Below are positions 25,301 to 39,900 of a stretch of DNA of 64,000 bases, piece by piece. Under the pieces are notes generated by a model, which saw nothing but the letters and a program-made list of their open reading frames with translations, ran no database searches and was not told where the DNA came from. Source of the stretch: Lingula anatina (lineage: Eukaryota; Animalia; Brachiopoda); contig CM120640.1 in NCBI GenBank assembly GCA_051362555.1, forward strand, positions 29,531,967-29,595,966, in the 5' to 3' direction. How positions within the stretch are numbered: the stretch's first letter is position 1; every line of letters starts with the position of its first letter. The position numbers and the translations under genes are program-made.

Positions 25301-27858
25301 AATACATTTCAATATTGAAATATATGTTTTGGTTAATTCTCACTCTTCTGATAATCAATTTCCTATACATTTCACACCTAAAAAAAAAAGACTCAGATAA
25401 CTGATAAGCTTATCACAGATTTCTATTGTTATTAAGCATCATTTGTACAAATTTCAGAAATATAGGACAAGATTTGACAAAATTATTAACGTTTAACTAT
25501 TTTAAGGCCTGGGATATGCCAGGCTTTTCAATGTAATTTTCAGTTCTCCCAACTATGTTGTCCCAAAAAACACTTTTCATTAGACACAGACAACTGATCA
25601 GCTTATCACAGATTTTTATTGTTGATAAGCATCATTTGAACAAATTTCAGAAATATAGGACAAGATTTGACAAAATAATTAACGTTTAACTATTTTAAGA
25701 CCTGGGATATGCCAGGCTTTTCAATGTAATTTTCAGTCTTTTCTGTTATATTGTTCTTCTTTCAGAGTACCCTCACCATGAAAAAGCTGAAAAAGCAGGC
25801 AGTGAAAGATACCACCAAGAGCAGCACTGTGTCTTCTCCATGTGTACAATACATGATATTTGGCAAGATTTACTTGTTGAGTATTGTGATAACAACAACC
25901 CCTTCCAGAAAGGAGTAATCTGCATCTTGCAGAGGTAGTAAGGAGAACTCTTGTATGGGTATATATTGTTTTCCAGATGACAGTTATAGGTAATTTGCAA
26001 CCTCTTACACAAACAACCTCAAATCATCACATTTGCTGTTTACTTTCAGAGTAAATAATACATTGCAATATTGAAATATTTGTTTTGTTTAATTCTCACT
26101 CTTCTGATAATCAATTTCCTATACATTTGACACCTAAAAAAAAGACTCATATAACTGATAAGCTTATCACAGATTTCTATTGTTATTAAGCATCATTTGT
26201 ACAAATTTCAGAAATATTGGACAAGATTTGATAAAATTATTAACGTTTAACTATTTTAAGGCCTGGGATATGCCAGGCTTTTCAATGTAATTTTCAGTTC
26301 TCCCAACTATGTTGTCCCAAAAAACACTTTTCATTAAAAACAGACAACTGATCAGCTGATCACAGATTTTTATTGTTGTTAAGCATCATTTGTACAAATT
26401 TCAGAAATATTGGACAAGATTTGATAAAATTATTAACATTTAACTATTTTAAGGCCTGGGATTGGCCAGTCTTTTCAAATGTAATTTTCAGTCTTTTCCG
26501 TTATATTGTTCTTCTTTCAGAGTACCCTCACCATGAAAAAGCTGAAAAAGCAGGCAGTGAAAGATACCACCAAGAGCAGCACTGTGTCTTCTCCATGTGT
26601 ACAATACATGATATTTGGCAAGATTTAGGGCCTTGTTGAGTATTGTGATAACAACAACCCCTTCCAGAAAGGAGTAATCTGCATCTTGCAGAGGTAGTAA
26701 GGAGAACTCTTGTATGGGTATATATTGTTTTCCAGATGACAGTTATAGGTAATTTGCAACCTCTTACACAAACAACCTCAAATCATCACATTTGCTGTTT
26801 ACTTTCAGAGTAAATAATACATTGCAATATTGAAATATTTGTTTTGTTTAATTCTCACTCTTCTGATAATCAATTTCCTATACATTTGACACCTAAAAAA
26901 AAGACTCATATAACTGATAAGCTTATCACAGATTTCTATTGTTATTAAGCATCATTTGTACAAATTTCAGAAATATTGGACAAGATTTGATAAAATTATT
27001 AACGTTTAACTATTTTAAGGCCTGGGATATGCCAGGCTTTTCAATGTAATTTTCAGTTTTCCCAACTATGTTGTCCCAAAAAACACTTTTCATTAAAAAC
27101 AGACAACTGATCACCTTATCACAGATTTTTATTGTTGTTAAGCATCATTTGTACAAATTTCAGAAATATTGGACTAGATTAGACAAAATTATTAACGTTT
27201 TACTATTTTAAGGCCTGCAAATTCCCTGTCTTTTCAATGTAATTTTCAGTTTTCCCAAATATGTTGTCCCAAAAAACACTTTTCATTAGACACAGTCAAC
27301 TGATCAGCTTATCACAGATTTCTATTATTGTTAAGCATCATTTGTACAAATTTCAGAAATATTGGACAAAATTTGACAAAATTATTAACGTTTAACTATT
27401 TTAAGGCCTGGGATTTGCCAGTCTTTTCAGTGTAATTTTCAGTTCTCCCAAATATATTGTTCTAAAAAACACTTTTCATTAGACACAGTCAACTGATCAG
27501 CTTATCTCAGATTTTTGTTGTTGTTAAGCATTATTTGTACAAATTTCAGAAATATTGGACAAGATTTGACAAAATTATTAATGTTTTACTATTTTAAGTC
27601 AGAAAATATCCCAGTCTTTTCAGTGTAAGTTTCAGTTCTCCCAAATATATTGTTCTAAAAACACTTTTCATTAGACACAGTCAACTGATCAGCTTATCTC
27701 AGATTTTTGTTGTTGTTAAGCATTATTTGTACAAATTTCAGAAATGTTGGACAAGATTTGACAAAATTAACGTTTATCTATTTTAATTAAGTCACTGAAT
27801 TTGTCATTCTTTTCAAATGTAATTTTCAGTCTTTTCAGTTATATTGTTCTTGTTTCAG
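13377..27858 (+). repeat. Higher-order repeat, ~4.77 kb x3 (four cores per unit; third copy carries a 163-bp insertion)
   Basis: Spacings are 1924/756/755/1334, 1928/756/755/1334 and 2091/756/755/1338, giving periods of 4769, 4773 and 4940. Confidence 0.93.
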
Positions 27859-30471
27859 AGTACCCTCACCATGAAAAAGCTGAAAAAGCAGGCAGTGAAA
27901 GATACCACCAAGAGCAGCACTGTGTCTTCTCCATGTGTACAATACTTGATATTTGGCAAGATTTAGGGCCTTGTTGAGTATTGTGATAACAACAACCCCT
28001 TCCAGAAAGGAGTAATCTGCATCTTGCAGAGGTAGTAAGGAGAACTCTTGTATGGGTATATATTGTTTTCCAGATGACAGTTATAGGTAATTTGCAACCT
28101 CTTACACAAACAACCTCAAATCATCACATTTGCTGTTTACTTTCAGAGTAAATAATACATTGCAATATTGAAATATATGTTTTGTTTAATTCTCACTCTT
28201 CTGATAATCAATTTCCTATACATTTCACACCTAAAAAGAAAAAGCTCAGATAACTGATCAGCTTATCACAGATTTTTATTATTGTTAAGCATCATTTGTA
28301 CAAATTTCATAAATATTGGACTAGATTTGACAAAAATATTAACGTTTAACTATTATAAGTCATAAAATATCCCAGTCTTTTCAGCGTAATTTTCAGTTCT
28401 CCCAAATATATTGTTCCAAAAAACACTTTTCATTAGACACAGTCAATTGATCAGCTTATCTCAGATTTTTGTTGTTGTTAAGCATCATTTGTACAAATTT
28501 CAGAAATATTGGACAATATTTGACAAAATTATTAACGTTTAACTATTTCAAGTCCTGCGAATTCCCAGTCTTTTCAATGTAATTTTTGGTTTTCGCAAAT
28601 ATATTGTCCTAAAAAACACTTTTCATTCAATACAGACAAGTGATCAGCTTATCACAGATTTCTATTGTTGTTAAGCATTATTTGTACAAATTTCAGAAAT
28701 ATAGGACAAAATTTGACAAAATTATTAACGTTTTAGTATTTTAAGGCCTGGGATTTGCCAGTCTTTTCAATGTAATTTTCAGTTTTCCCAAATAGGTTGT
28801 CCAAAAAAACACTTTTCATTACACACAGACAACTGATCAGCTTATCACAGATTTTTGTTGTAGTTAAGCATCATTTGTACAAATTTCAGAAATGTTTGAC
28901 CAGACTAGACAAAATTATTAACGTTTAACTATTTTAATTAAATCACCGAATTTGTCATTCTTTTCAAATGTAATTTTCAGTCCTTTAAGTTATATTGTTC
29001 TTCTTTCAGAGTACCCTCACCATGAAAAAGCTGAAAAAGCAGGCAGTGAAAGATACCACCAAGAGCAGCACTGTGTCTTCTCCATGTGTACAATACATGA
29101 TATTTGGCAAGATTTACTTGTTCAGTATTGTGATAACAACAACCCCTTCCAGAAAGGAGTAATCTGCATCTTGCAGAGGTAGTAAGGAGAACTCTTGTAT
29201 GGGTATATATTGTTTTCCAGATGACATTTATAGGTAATTTGCAACCTCTTACACAAACAACCTCAGATCATCACATTTGCTGTTTACTTTCAGAGTAAAT
29301 AATACATTGCAATATTGAAATATTTGTTTTGTTTAATTCTCACTCTTCTGATAATCAATTTCCTATACATTTGACACCTAAAAAAAAGACTCAGATAACT
29401 GATAAGCTTATCACAGATTTCTATTGTTATTAAGCATCATTTGTACAAATTTCAGAAATATTGGACAAGATTTGATAAAATTATTAACGTTTAACTATTT
29501 TAAGGCCTGGGATATGCCAGGCTTTTCAATGTAATTTTCAGTTTTCCCAACTATGTTGTCCCAAAAAACACTTTTCATTAAAAACAGACAACTGATCAGC
29601 TTATCACAGATTTTTTTTGTTGTTAAGCATCATTTGTACAAATTTCATAAATATTGGACTAGATTTGACAAAATTATTACCGTTTAAATATTTCAAGTCC
29701 TGCGAATTCCCAGTCTTTTCAATGTAATTTTTGGTTTTCGCAAATATATTGTCCTAAAAATCACTTTTCATTCGATACAGACAACTGATCAGCTTATCAC
29801 AGATTTTTATTGTTGGTAAGCATCATTTGTACAAATTTCAGAAATAAAGGACAAGATTTGACAAAATTATTAATGTTTAACTATTTCAAGGTCTGGGTTT
29901 TGCCAGTCTTTTCAATGTAATTTTCAGTTTTCCCAAATATGTTTTCCCAAAAAACACTTTTCATTCAATACAGACAACTGATCAGCTTATCACAGATTTT
30001 TTTTGTTGTTAAGCATCATTTGTACAAATTTCATAAAAATTGGACTAGATTTGACAAAATTATTACCGTTTAAATATTTCAAGTCCTGCGAATTCCCAGT
30101 CTTTTCAATGTAATTTTTGGTTTTCGCAAATATATTGTCCTAAAAAAACATTTTTCATTCAATACAGACAATTGATCAGCTTATCACAGATTTTTATTGT
30201 TGGTAAGCATCATTTGTACAAATTTTAGAAATATAGGACAAGATTTGACAAAATTATTAACGTTTAACTATTTAAAGTCCTACGAATTCCCAGTCTTTTC
30301 AATGTGATTTTTGGTTTTCGCAAATATATTGTCCTAAAAACCACTTTTCATTCCATACAGACAACTGATCAGCTTATCACAGATTTCTATTGTTGTTAAG
30401 CATCATTTGTACAAATTTCAGAAATATTGGACAAGATTTGACAAAATTATTAACGTTTAACTATTTTAAGG

Positions 30472-30609
30472 CCTGGGATTTGCCAGTCTTAGACACAGTC
30501 AACTGATCAGCTTATCTGAGATTTTTGTTGTTGTTAAGCATTATTTGTACAAATTTCAGAAATATTGGACAAGATTTGACAAAATTATTAACGTTTAACT
30601 ATTTGAAGG
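30472..30609 (+). repeat. Truncated 138-bp monomer (55-bp deletion), six copies
   Basis: Junction GCCAGTCTT|AGACACAG at 30490, 34331, 36595, 38520, 55203 and 57510. Confidence 0.93.
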
Positions 30610-30862
30610 CCTGGGATTTGCCAGTCTTTTCAGTGTAATTTTCAGTTCTCCCATATATATTGTTCCAAAAAACACTTTTTATTAGACACAGTCAACTGAT
30701 CAGCTTATCTCAGATTTTTTTTTGTTGTTAAGCATTATTTGTACAAATTTCAGAAATGTTGGACAAGATTTGACAAAATTAACGTTTAACTATTTTAATT
30801 AAGTCACTGAATTTGTCATTCTTTTCAAATGTAATTTTCAGTCCTTTCAGTTATATAGTTCT

Positions 30863-31117
30863 TGTTTCAGAGTACCCTCACCATGAAAAAGCTGAAAAAG
30901 CAGGCAGTGAAAGATACCACCAAGAGCAGCACTGTTTCTTCTCCATGTGTACAATACTTGATATTTGGCAAGATTTAGGGCCTTGTTGAGTATTGTGATA
31001 ACAACAACCCCTTCCAGAAAGGAGTAATCTGCATCTTGCAGAGGTAGTAAGGAGAACTCTTGTATGGGTATATATTGTTTTGATCAATTTCCCATACACA
31101 TGACACTTAAAAAAAAA
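30863..31117 (+). repeat. Short core variant with a 136-bp internal deletion (9 copies)
   Basis: Junction ATTGTTTT|GATCAATTTCCC in cores at 30871, 36977, 38901, 47147, 55583, 57890, 59865, 61840 and 63236. It removes the equivalent of 660-795. Confidence 0.95.
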
Positions 31118-32850
31118 GACTCAGATAACTGATCAGCTTATCACAGATTTTTATTGTTGTTAAGCATCATTTGTACAAATTTCAGAAATATTGGACTAGA
31201 TTTGACAAAAATATTAACGTTTAACTATTATAAGTCATAAAATATCCCAGTCTTTTCAGTGTAATTTTCAGTTCTCCCAAATATATTGTTCCAAAAAACA
31301 CTTTTTATTCAATACAGACAACTGATCAGCTTATCTCTGATTTTTGTTGTAGTTAAGCATCATTTGTACAAATTTCAGAAATATAGGACAAGATTTGACA
31401 AAATTATTAACGTTTAACTATTTCAAGGTCTGGGTTTTGCCAGTCTTTTCAATGTAATTTTCAGTTTTCCCAAATATGTTTTCCCAAAAAACACTTTTCA
31501 TTCAATACAGACAACTGATCAGCTTATCACAGATTTTTTTTTGTTGTTAAGCATCATTTGTACAAATTTCAGAAATATCGGACAAGATTTGACAAAATTA
31601 TTAACGTTTAAGTATTTTAAGGCCTGGGATTTACCAGTCTTTTCAGTGTAATTTTCAGTTCTCCCAAATATATTGTTCCAAAAAACACTTTTTATTAGAC
31701 ACAGTCATCTGATCAGCTTATCTCAGATTTTTGTTGTTGTTATGCATTATTTGTACAAATTTCAGAAATATTGGACAAGATTTGACAAAATTATTAATGT
31801 TTAACTATTTTAAGTCATAAAATATCCCAGTCTTTTCAGTGTAATTTTCAGTTCTCCCAAATATATTGTTCCAAAAAACACTTTTTATTCAATACAGACA
31901 ACTGATCAGCTTATCTCTGATTTTTGTTGTTGTTAAGCATCATTTGTACAAATTTCAGAAATATAGGACAAAATTTGACAAAATTATTAACGTTTAACTA
32001 TTTTAAGGCCTGGGATTTTCCAGTCTTTTCAATGTAATTTTCAGTTTTCCCAAATATGTTGTCCCAAAAAACACTTTTTATTACACACAGACAACTGATC
32101 AGCTTATCACAGATTTTTGTTGTAGTTAAGCATCATTTGTACAAATTTCAGAAATATAGGACAAGATTTGACAAAATTATTAACGTTTAACTATTTTAAG
32201 GCCTGGGATTTACCAGTCTTTTCAGTGTAATTTTCAGTTCGCCCAAATGTATTGTTCCAAAAAACACTTTTTATTAGACACAGTCATCTGATCAGCTTAT
32301 CTCAGATTTTTGTTGTTGTTAAGCATTATTTGTACAAATTTCAGAAATATTGGACAAGATTTGACAAAATTATTAATGTTTAACTATTTTAAGTCATAAA
32401 ATATCCCAGTCTTTTCAATGTAATTTTTGGTTTTCGCAAATATATTGTCCTAAAAAACACTTTTCATTCAATACAGACAACTGATCAGCTTATCACAGAT
32501 TTCTATTGTTGTTAAGCATCATTTGTACAAATTTCAGAAATATAGGACAAAATTTGACAAAATTATTAACGTTTTAGTATTTTAAGGCCTGGGATTTGCC
32601 AGTCTTTTCAATGTAATTTTCAGTTTTCCCAAATAGGTTGTCCAAAAAAACACTTTTCATTACACACAGACAACTGATCAGCTTATCACAGATTTTTGTT
32701 GTAGTTAAGCATCATTTGTACAAATTTCAGAAATGTTGGACCAGACTAGACAAAATTATTAACGTTTAACTATTTTAATTAAATCACCGAATTTGTCATT
32801 CTTTTCAAATGTAATTTTCAGTCCTTTAAGTTATATTGTTCTTCTTTCAG
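30871..32850 (+). repeat. ~1980-bp block duplicated non-adjacently at 38901-40879
   Basis: Same short core plus 8-monomer order, each followed by a core with the private GCTGTAAAAG variant (32851 and 40880). Offset is ~8030 bp. Confidence 0.88.
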
Positions 32851-33229
32851 AGTACCCTCACCATGAAAAAGCTGTAAAAGCAGGCAGTGAAAGATACCAC
32901 CAAGAGCAGCACTGTGTCTTCTCCATGTGTACAATACATGATATTTGGCAAGATTTACTTGTTCAGTATTGTGATAACAACAACCCCTTCCAGAAAGGAG
33001 TAATCTGCATCTTGCAGAGGTAGTAAGGAGAACTCTTGTATGGGTATATATTGTTTTCCAGATGACATTTATAGGTAATTTGCAACCTCTTACACAAACA
33101 ACCTCAAATCATCACATTTGCTGTTTACTTTAAGAGTAAATAATACATTGCAATATTGAAATATTTGTTTTGTTTAATTCTCACTCTTCTGATAATCAAT
33201 TTCCTATACATTTGACACCTAAAAAAAAG

Positions 33230-36200
33230 ACTCAGATAACTGATCAGCTTATCACAGATTTCTATTGTTATTAAGCATCATTTGTACAAATTTCAGAAAT
33301 ATAGGACAAGATTTGACAAAATTATTTACGTTTAACTATTTTAAGGCCTGGGATATGCCAGGCTTTTCAATGTAATTTTCAGTTTTCCCAACTATGTTGT
33401 CCCAAAAAACACTTTTCATTAAAAACAGACAACTGATCAGCTTATCACAGATTTTTATTGTTGTTAAGCATCATTTGTACAAATTTCATAAATATTGGAC
33501 TAGATTTGACAAAATTATTACCGTTTAAATATTTCAAGTCCTGCGAATTCCCAGTCTTTTCAATGTAATTTTTGGTTTTCGCAAATATATTGTCCTAAAA
33601 ATCACTTTTCATTCAATACAGACAACTGATCAGCTTATCACAGATTTTTATTGTTGGTAAGCATCATTTGTACAAATTTCAGAAATAAAGGACAAGATTT
33701 GACAAAATTATTAATGTTTAACTATTTCAAGGTCTGGGTTTTGCCAGTCTTTTCAATGTAATTTTCAGTTTTCCCAAATATGTTTTCCCAAAAAACACTT
33801 TTCATTCAATACAGACAACTGATCAGCTTATCACAGATTTTTTTTGTTGTTAAGCATCATTTGTACAAATTTCATAAAAATTGGACTAGATTTGACAAAA
33901 TTATTACCGTTTAAATATTTCAAGTCCTGCGAATTCCCAGTCTTTTCAATGTAATTTTTGGTTTTCGCAAATATATTGTCCTAAAAAAAGATTTTTCATT
34001 CAATACAGACAACTGATCAGCTTATCACAGATTTTTATTGTTGGTAAGCATCATTTGTACAAATTTTAGAAATATAGGACAAGATTTGACAAAATTATTA
34101 ACGTTTAACTATTTAAAGTCCTACGAATTCCCAGTCTTTTCAATGTGATTTTTGGTTTTCGCAAATATATTGTCCTAAAAACCACTTTTCATTCCATACA
34201 GACAACTGATCAGCTTATCACAGATTTCTATTGTTGTTAAGCATCATTTGTACAAATTTCAGAAATATTGGACAAGATTTGACAAAATTATTAACGTTTA
34301 ATTATTTTAAGGCCTGGGATTTGCCAGTCTTAGACACAGTCAACTGATCAGCTTATCTCAGATTTTTGTTGTTGTTAAGCATTATTTGTACAAATTTCAG
34401 AAATATTGGACAAGATTTGACAAAATTTTTAACGTTTAACTATTTGAAGGCCTGGGATTTGCCAGTCTTTTCAGTGTAATTTTCAGTTCTCCCATATATA
34501 TTGTTCCAAAAAACACTTTTTATTAGACACAGTCAACTGATCAGCTTATCTCAGATTTTTTTTTGTTGTTAAGCATTATTTGTACAAATTTCAGAAATAT
34601 TGGACAAGATTTGACAAAATTATTAATGTTTAACTATTTTAAGTCATAAAATATCCCAGTCTTTTCAATGTAATTTTTGGTTTTCGCAAATATATTGTCC
34701 TAAAAAACACTTTTCATTCAATACAGACAACTGATCAGCTTATCACAGATTTCTATTGTTGTTAAGCATCATTTGTACAAATTTCAGAAATATCGGACAA
34801 GATTTGACAAAATTGTTAACGTTTTAGTATTTTAAGGCCTGGGATTTGCCAGTCTTTTCAATGTAATTTTCAGTTTTCCCAAATATGTTTTCCCAAAAAA
34901 CACTTTTCATTCAATACAGACAACTGATCAGCTTATCACAGATTTTTTTTTGTTGTTAAGCATCATTTGTACAAATTTCAGAAATATCGGACAAGATTTG
35001 ACAAAATTATTAACGTTTAAGTATTTTAAGGCCTGGGATTTACCAGTCTTTTCAGTGTAATTTTCAGTTCTCCCAAATATATTGTTCCAAAAAACACTTT
35101 TTATTAGACACAGTCATCTGATCAGCTTATCTCAGATTTTTGTTGTTGTTATGCATTATTTGTACAAATTTTAGAAATATTGGACAAGATTTGACAAAAT
35201 TATTAATGTTTAACTATTTTAAGTCATAAAATATCCCAGTCTTTTCAGTGTAATTTTCAGTTCTCCCAAATATATTGTTCCAAAAAACACTTTTTATTCA
35301 ATACAGACAACTGATCAGCTTATCTCTGATTTTTGTTGTTGTTAAGCATCATTTGTACAAATTTCAGAAATATAGGACAAAATTTGACAAAATTATTAAC
35401 GTTTAACTATTTTAAGGCCTGGGATTTTCCAGTCTTTTCAATGTAATTTTCAGTTTTCCCAAATATGTTGTCCCAAAAAACACTTTTTATTACACACAGA
35501 CAACTGATCAGCTTATCACAGATTTTTGTTGTAGTTAAGCATCATTTGTACAAATTTCAGAAATATAGGACAAGATTTGACAAAATTATTAACGTTTAAC
35601 TATTTTAAGGCCTGGGATTTACCAGTCTTTTCAATGTAATTTTCAGTTCGCCCAAATGTATTGTCCCAAAAAACACTTTTTATTAGACACAGACAACTGA
35701 TCAGCTTATCACAGATTTTTATTGTTGTTAAGCATTATTTGTACAAATTTCAGAAATATTGGACTAGATTTGACAAAATTATTACCGTTTAAATATTTCA
35801 AGTCATAAAATATCCCAGTCTTTTCAATGTAATTTTTGGTTTTCGCAAATATATTGTCCTAAAAAACACTTTTCATTCAATACAGACAACTGATCAGCTT
35901 ATCACAGATTTTTATTGTTGGTAAGCATCATTTGTACAAATTTCAGAAATAAAGGACAAGATTTGACAAAATTATTAATGTTTAACTATTTCAAGGTCTG
36001 GGTTTTGCCAGTCTTTTCAATGTAATTTTCAGTTTTCCCAAATATGTTTTCCCAAAAAACACTTTTCATTCAATACAGACAACTGATCAGCTTATCACAG
36101 ATTTTTTTTGTTGTTAAGCATCATTTGTACAAATTTCATAAAAATTGGACTAGATTTGACAAAATTATTACCGTTTAAATATTTCAAGTCCTGCGAATTC

Positions 36201-36960
36201 CCAGTCTTTTCAATGTAATTTTTGGTTTTCGCAAATATATTGTCCTAAAAAAAGATTTTTCATTCAATACAGACAAGTGATCAGCTTATCACAGATTTTT
36301 ATTGTTGGTAAGCATCATTTGTACAAATTTTAGAAATATAGGACAAGATTTGACAAAATTATTAACGTTTAACTATTTAAAGTCCTACGAATTCCCAGTC
36401 TTTTCAATGTGATTTTTGGTTTTTGCAAATATATTGTCCTAAAAACCACTTTTCATTCCATACAGACAACTGATCAGCTTATCACAGATTTCTATTGTTG
36501 TTAAGCATCATTTGTACAAATTTCAGAAATATTGGACAAGATTTGACAAAATTATTAACGTTTAACTATTTTAAGGCCTGGGATTTGCCAGTCTTAGACA
36601 CAGTCAACTGATCAGCTTATCTCAGATTTTTGTTGTTGTTAAGCATTATTTGTACAAATTTCAGAAATATTGGACAAGATTTGACAAAATTATTAACGTT
36701 TAACTATTTGAAGGCCTGGGATTTGCCAGTCTTTTCAGTGTAATTTTCAGTTCTCCCATATATATTGTTCCAAAAAACACTTTTTATTAGACACAGTCAA
36801 CTGATCAGCTTATCTCAGATTTTTTTTTTGTTGTTAAGCATTATTTGTACAAATTTCAGAAATGTTGGACAAGATTTGACAAAATTAACGTTTAACTATT
36901 TTAATTAAGTCACTGAATTTGTCATTCTTTTCAAATGTAATTTTCAGTCCTTTCAGTTAT
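33230..36960 (+). repeat. Longest core-free monomer tract (~19 monomers including two truncated ones)
   Basis: No core landmark occurs between 32851 and 36977 (4126 bp). Confidence 0.9.
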
Positions 36961-39900
36961 ATAGTTCTTGTTTCAGAGTACCCTCACCATGAAAAAGCTG
37001 AAAAAGCAGGCAGTGAAAGATACCACCAAGAGCAGCACTGTGTCTTCTCCATGTGTACAATACTTGATATTTGGCAAGATTTAGGGCCTTGTTGAGTATT
37101 GTGATAACAACAACCCCTTCCAGAAAGGAGTAATCTGCATCTTGCAGAGGTAGTAAGGAGAACTCTTGTATGGGTATATATTGTTTTGATCAATTTCCCA
37201 TACACATGACACTTAAAAAAAAAGACTCAGATAACTGATCAGCTTATCACAGATTTTTATTGTTGTTAAGCATCATTTGTACAAATTTCAGAAATATTGG
37301 ACTAGATTTGACAAAAATATTAACGTTTAACTATTATAAGTCATAAAATATCCCAGTCTTTTCAGTGTAATTTTCAGTTCTCCCAAATATATTGTTCCAA
37401 AAAACACTTTTTATTCAATACAGACAACTGATCAGCTTATCTCTGATTTTTGTTGTAGTTAAGCATCATTTGTACAAATTTCAGAAATATAGGACAAGAT
37501 TTGACAAAATTATTAACGTTTAACTATTTCAAGGTCTGGGTTTTGCCAGTCTTTTCAATGTAATTTTCAGTTTTCCCAAATATGTTTTCCCAAAAAACAC
37601 TTTTCATTCAATACAGACAACTGATCAGCTTATCACAGATTTTTTTTGTTGTTAAGCATCATTTGTACAAATTTCAGAAATATCGGACAAGATTTGACAA
37701 AATTATTAACGTTTAACTATTTTAAGGCCTGGGATTTACCAGTCTTTTCAATGTAATTTTTGGTTTTCGCAAATATATTGTCCTAAAAATCACTTTTCAT
37801 TCAATACAGACAACTGATCAGCTTATCACAGATTTTTATTGTTGGTAAGCATCATTTGTACAAATTTCAGAAATAAAGGACAAGATTTGACAAAATTATT
37901 AATGTTTAACTATTTCAAGGTCTGGGTTTTGCCAGTCTTTTCAATGTAATTTTCAGTTTTCCCAAATATGTTTTCCCAAAAAACACTTTTCATTCAATAC
38001 AGACAACTGATCAGCTTATCACAGATTTTTTTTTGTTGTTAAGCATCATTTGTACAAATTTCATAAAAATTGGACTAGATTTGACAAAATTATTACCGTT
38101 TAAATATTTCAAGTCCTGCGAATTCCCAGTCTTTTCAATGTAATTTTTGGTTTTCGCAAATATATTGTCCTAAAAAAACATTTTTCATTCAATACAGACA
38201 AGTGATCAGCTTATCACAGATTTTTATTGTTAGTAAGCATCATTTGTACAAATTTTAGAAATATAGGACAAGATTTGACAAAATTATTAACGTTTAACTA
38301 TTTAAAGTCCTACGAATTCCCAGTCTTTTCAATGTGATTTTTGGTTTTTGCAAATATATTGTCCTAAAAACCACTTTTCATTCCATACAGACAACTGATC
38401 AGCTTATCACAGATTTCTATTGTTGTTAAGCATCATTTGTACAAATTTCAGAAATATTGGACAAGATTTGACAAAATTATTAACGTTTAACTATTTTAAG
38501 GCCTGGGATTTGCCAGTCTTAGACACAGTCAACTGATCAGCTTATCTCAGATTTTTGTTGTTGTTAAGCATTATTTGTACAAATTTCAGAAATATTGGAC
38601 AAGATTTGACAAAATTATTAAAGTTTAACTATTTGAAGGCCTGGGATTTGCCAGTCTTTTCAGTGTAATTTTCAGTTCTCCCATATATATTGTTCCAAAA
38701 AACACTTTTTATTAGACACAGTCAACTGATCAGCTTATCTCAGATTTTTTTTTGTTGTTAAGCATTATTTGTACAAATTTCAGAAATGTTGGACAAGATT
38801 TGACAAAATTAACGTTTAACTATTTTAATTAAGTCACTGAATTTGTCATTCTTTTCAAATGTAATTTTCAGTCCTTTCAGTTATATAGTTCTTGTTTCAG
38901 AGTACCCTCACCATGAAAAAGCTGAAAAAGCAGGCAGTGAAAGATACCACCAAGAGCAGCACTGTGTCTTCTCCATGTGTACAATACTTGATATTTGGCA
39001 AGATTTAGGGCCTTGTTGAGTATTGTGATAACAACAACCCCTTCCAGAAAGGAGTAATCTGCATCTTGCAGAGGTAGTAAGGAGAACTCTTGTATGGGTA
39101 TATATTGTTTTGATCAATTTCCCATACACATGACACTTAAAAAAAAAGACTCAGATAACTGATCAGCTTATCACAGATTTTTATTGTTGTTAAGCATCAT
39201 TTGTACAAATTTCAGAAATATTGGACTAGATTTGACAAAAATATTAACGTTTAACTATTATAAGTCATAAAATATCCCAGTCTTTTCAGTGTAATTTTCA
39301 GTTCTCCCAAATATATTGTTCCAAAAAACACTTTTTATTCAATACAGACAACTGATCAGCTTATCTCTGATTTTTGTTGTAGTTAAGCATCATTTGTACA
39401 AATTTCAGAAATATAGGACAAGATTTGACAAAATTATTAACGTTTAACTATTTCAAGGTCTGGGTTTTGCCAGTCTTTTCAATGTAATTTTCAGTTTTCC
39501 CAAATATGTTTTCCCAAAAAACACTTTTCATTCAATACAGACAACTGATCAGCTTATCACAGATTTTTTTTGTTGTTAAGCATCATTTGTACAAATTTCA
39601 GAAATATCGGACAAGATTTGACAAAATTATTAACGTTTAACTATTTTAAGGCCTGGGATTTACCAGTCTTTTCAGTGTAATTTTCAGTTCTCCCAAATAT
39701 ATTGTTCCAAAAAACACTTTTTATTAGACACAGTCATCTGATCAGCTTATCTCAGATTTTTGTTGTTGTTAAGCATTATTTGTACAAATTTCAGAAATAT
39801 TGGACAAGATTTGACAAAATTATTAATGTTTAACTATTTTAAGTCATAAAATATCCCAGTCTTTTCAGTGTAATTTTCAGTTCTCCCAAATATATTGTTC

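Noticed and set aside
28579-28600. Sm-site-like AATTTTTGG and CENP-B-box-like TTCG in one monomer subtype
   Set aside because: There is no snRNA structure around the Sm-like site, and the CENP-B box lacks the required A and CGGG. Both are expected by chance in T-rich DNA.
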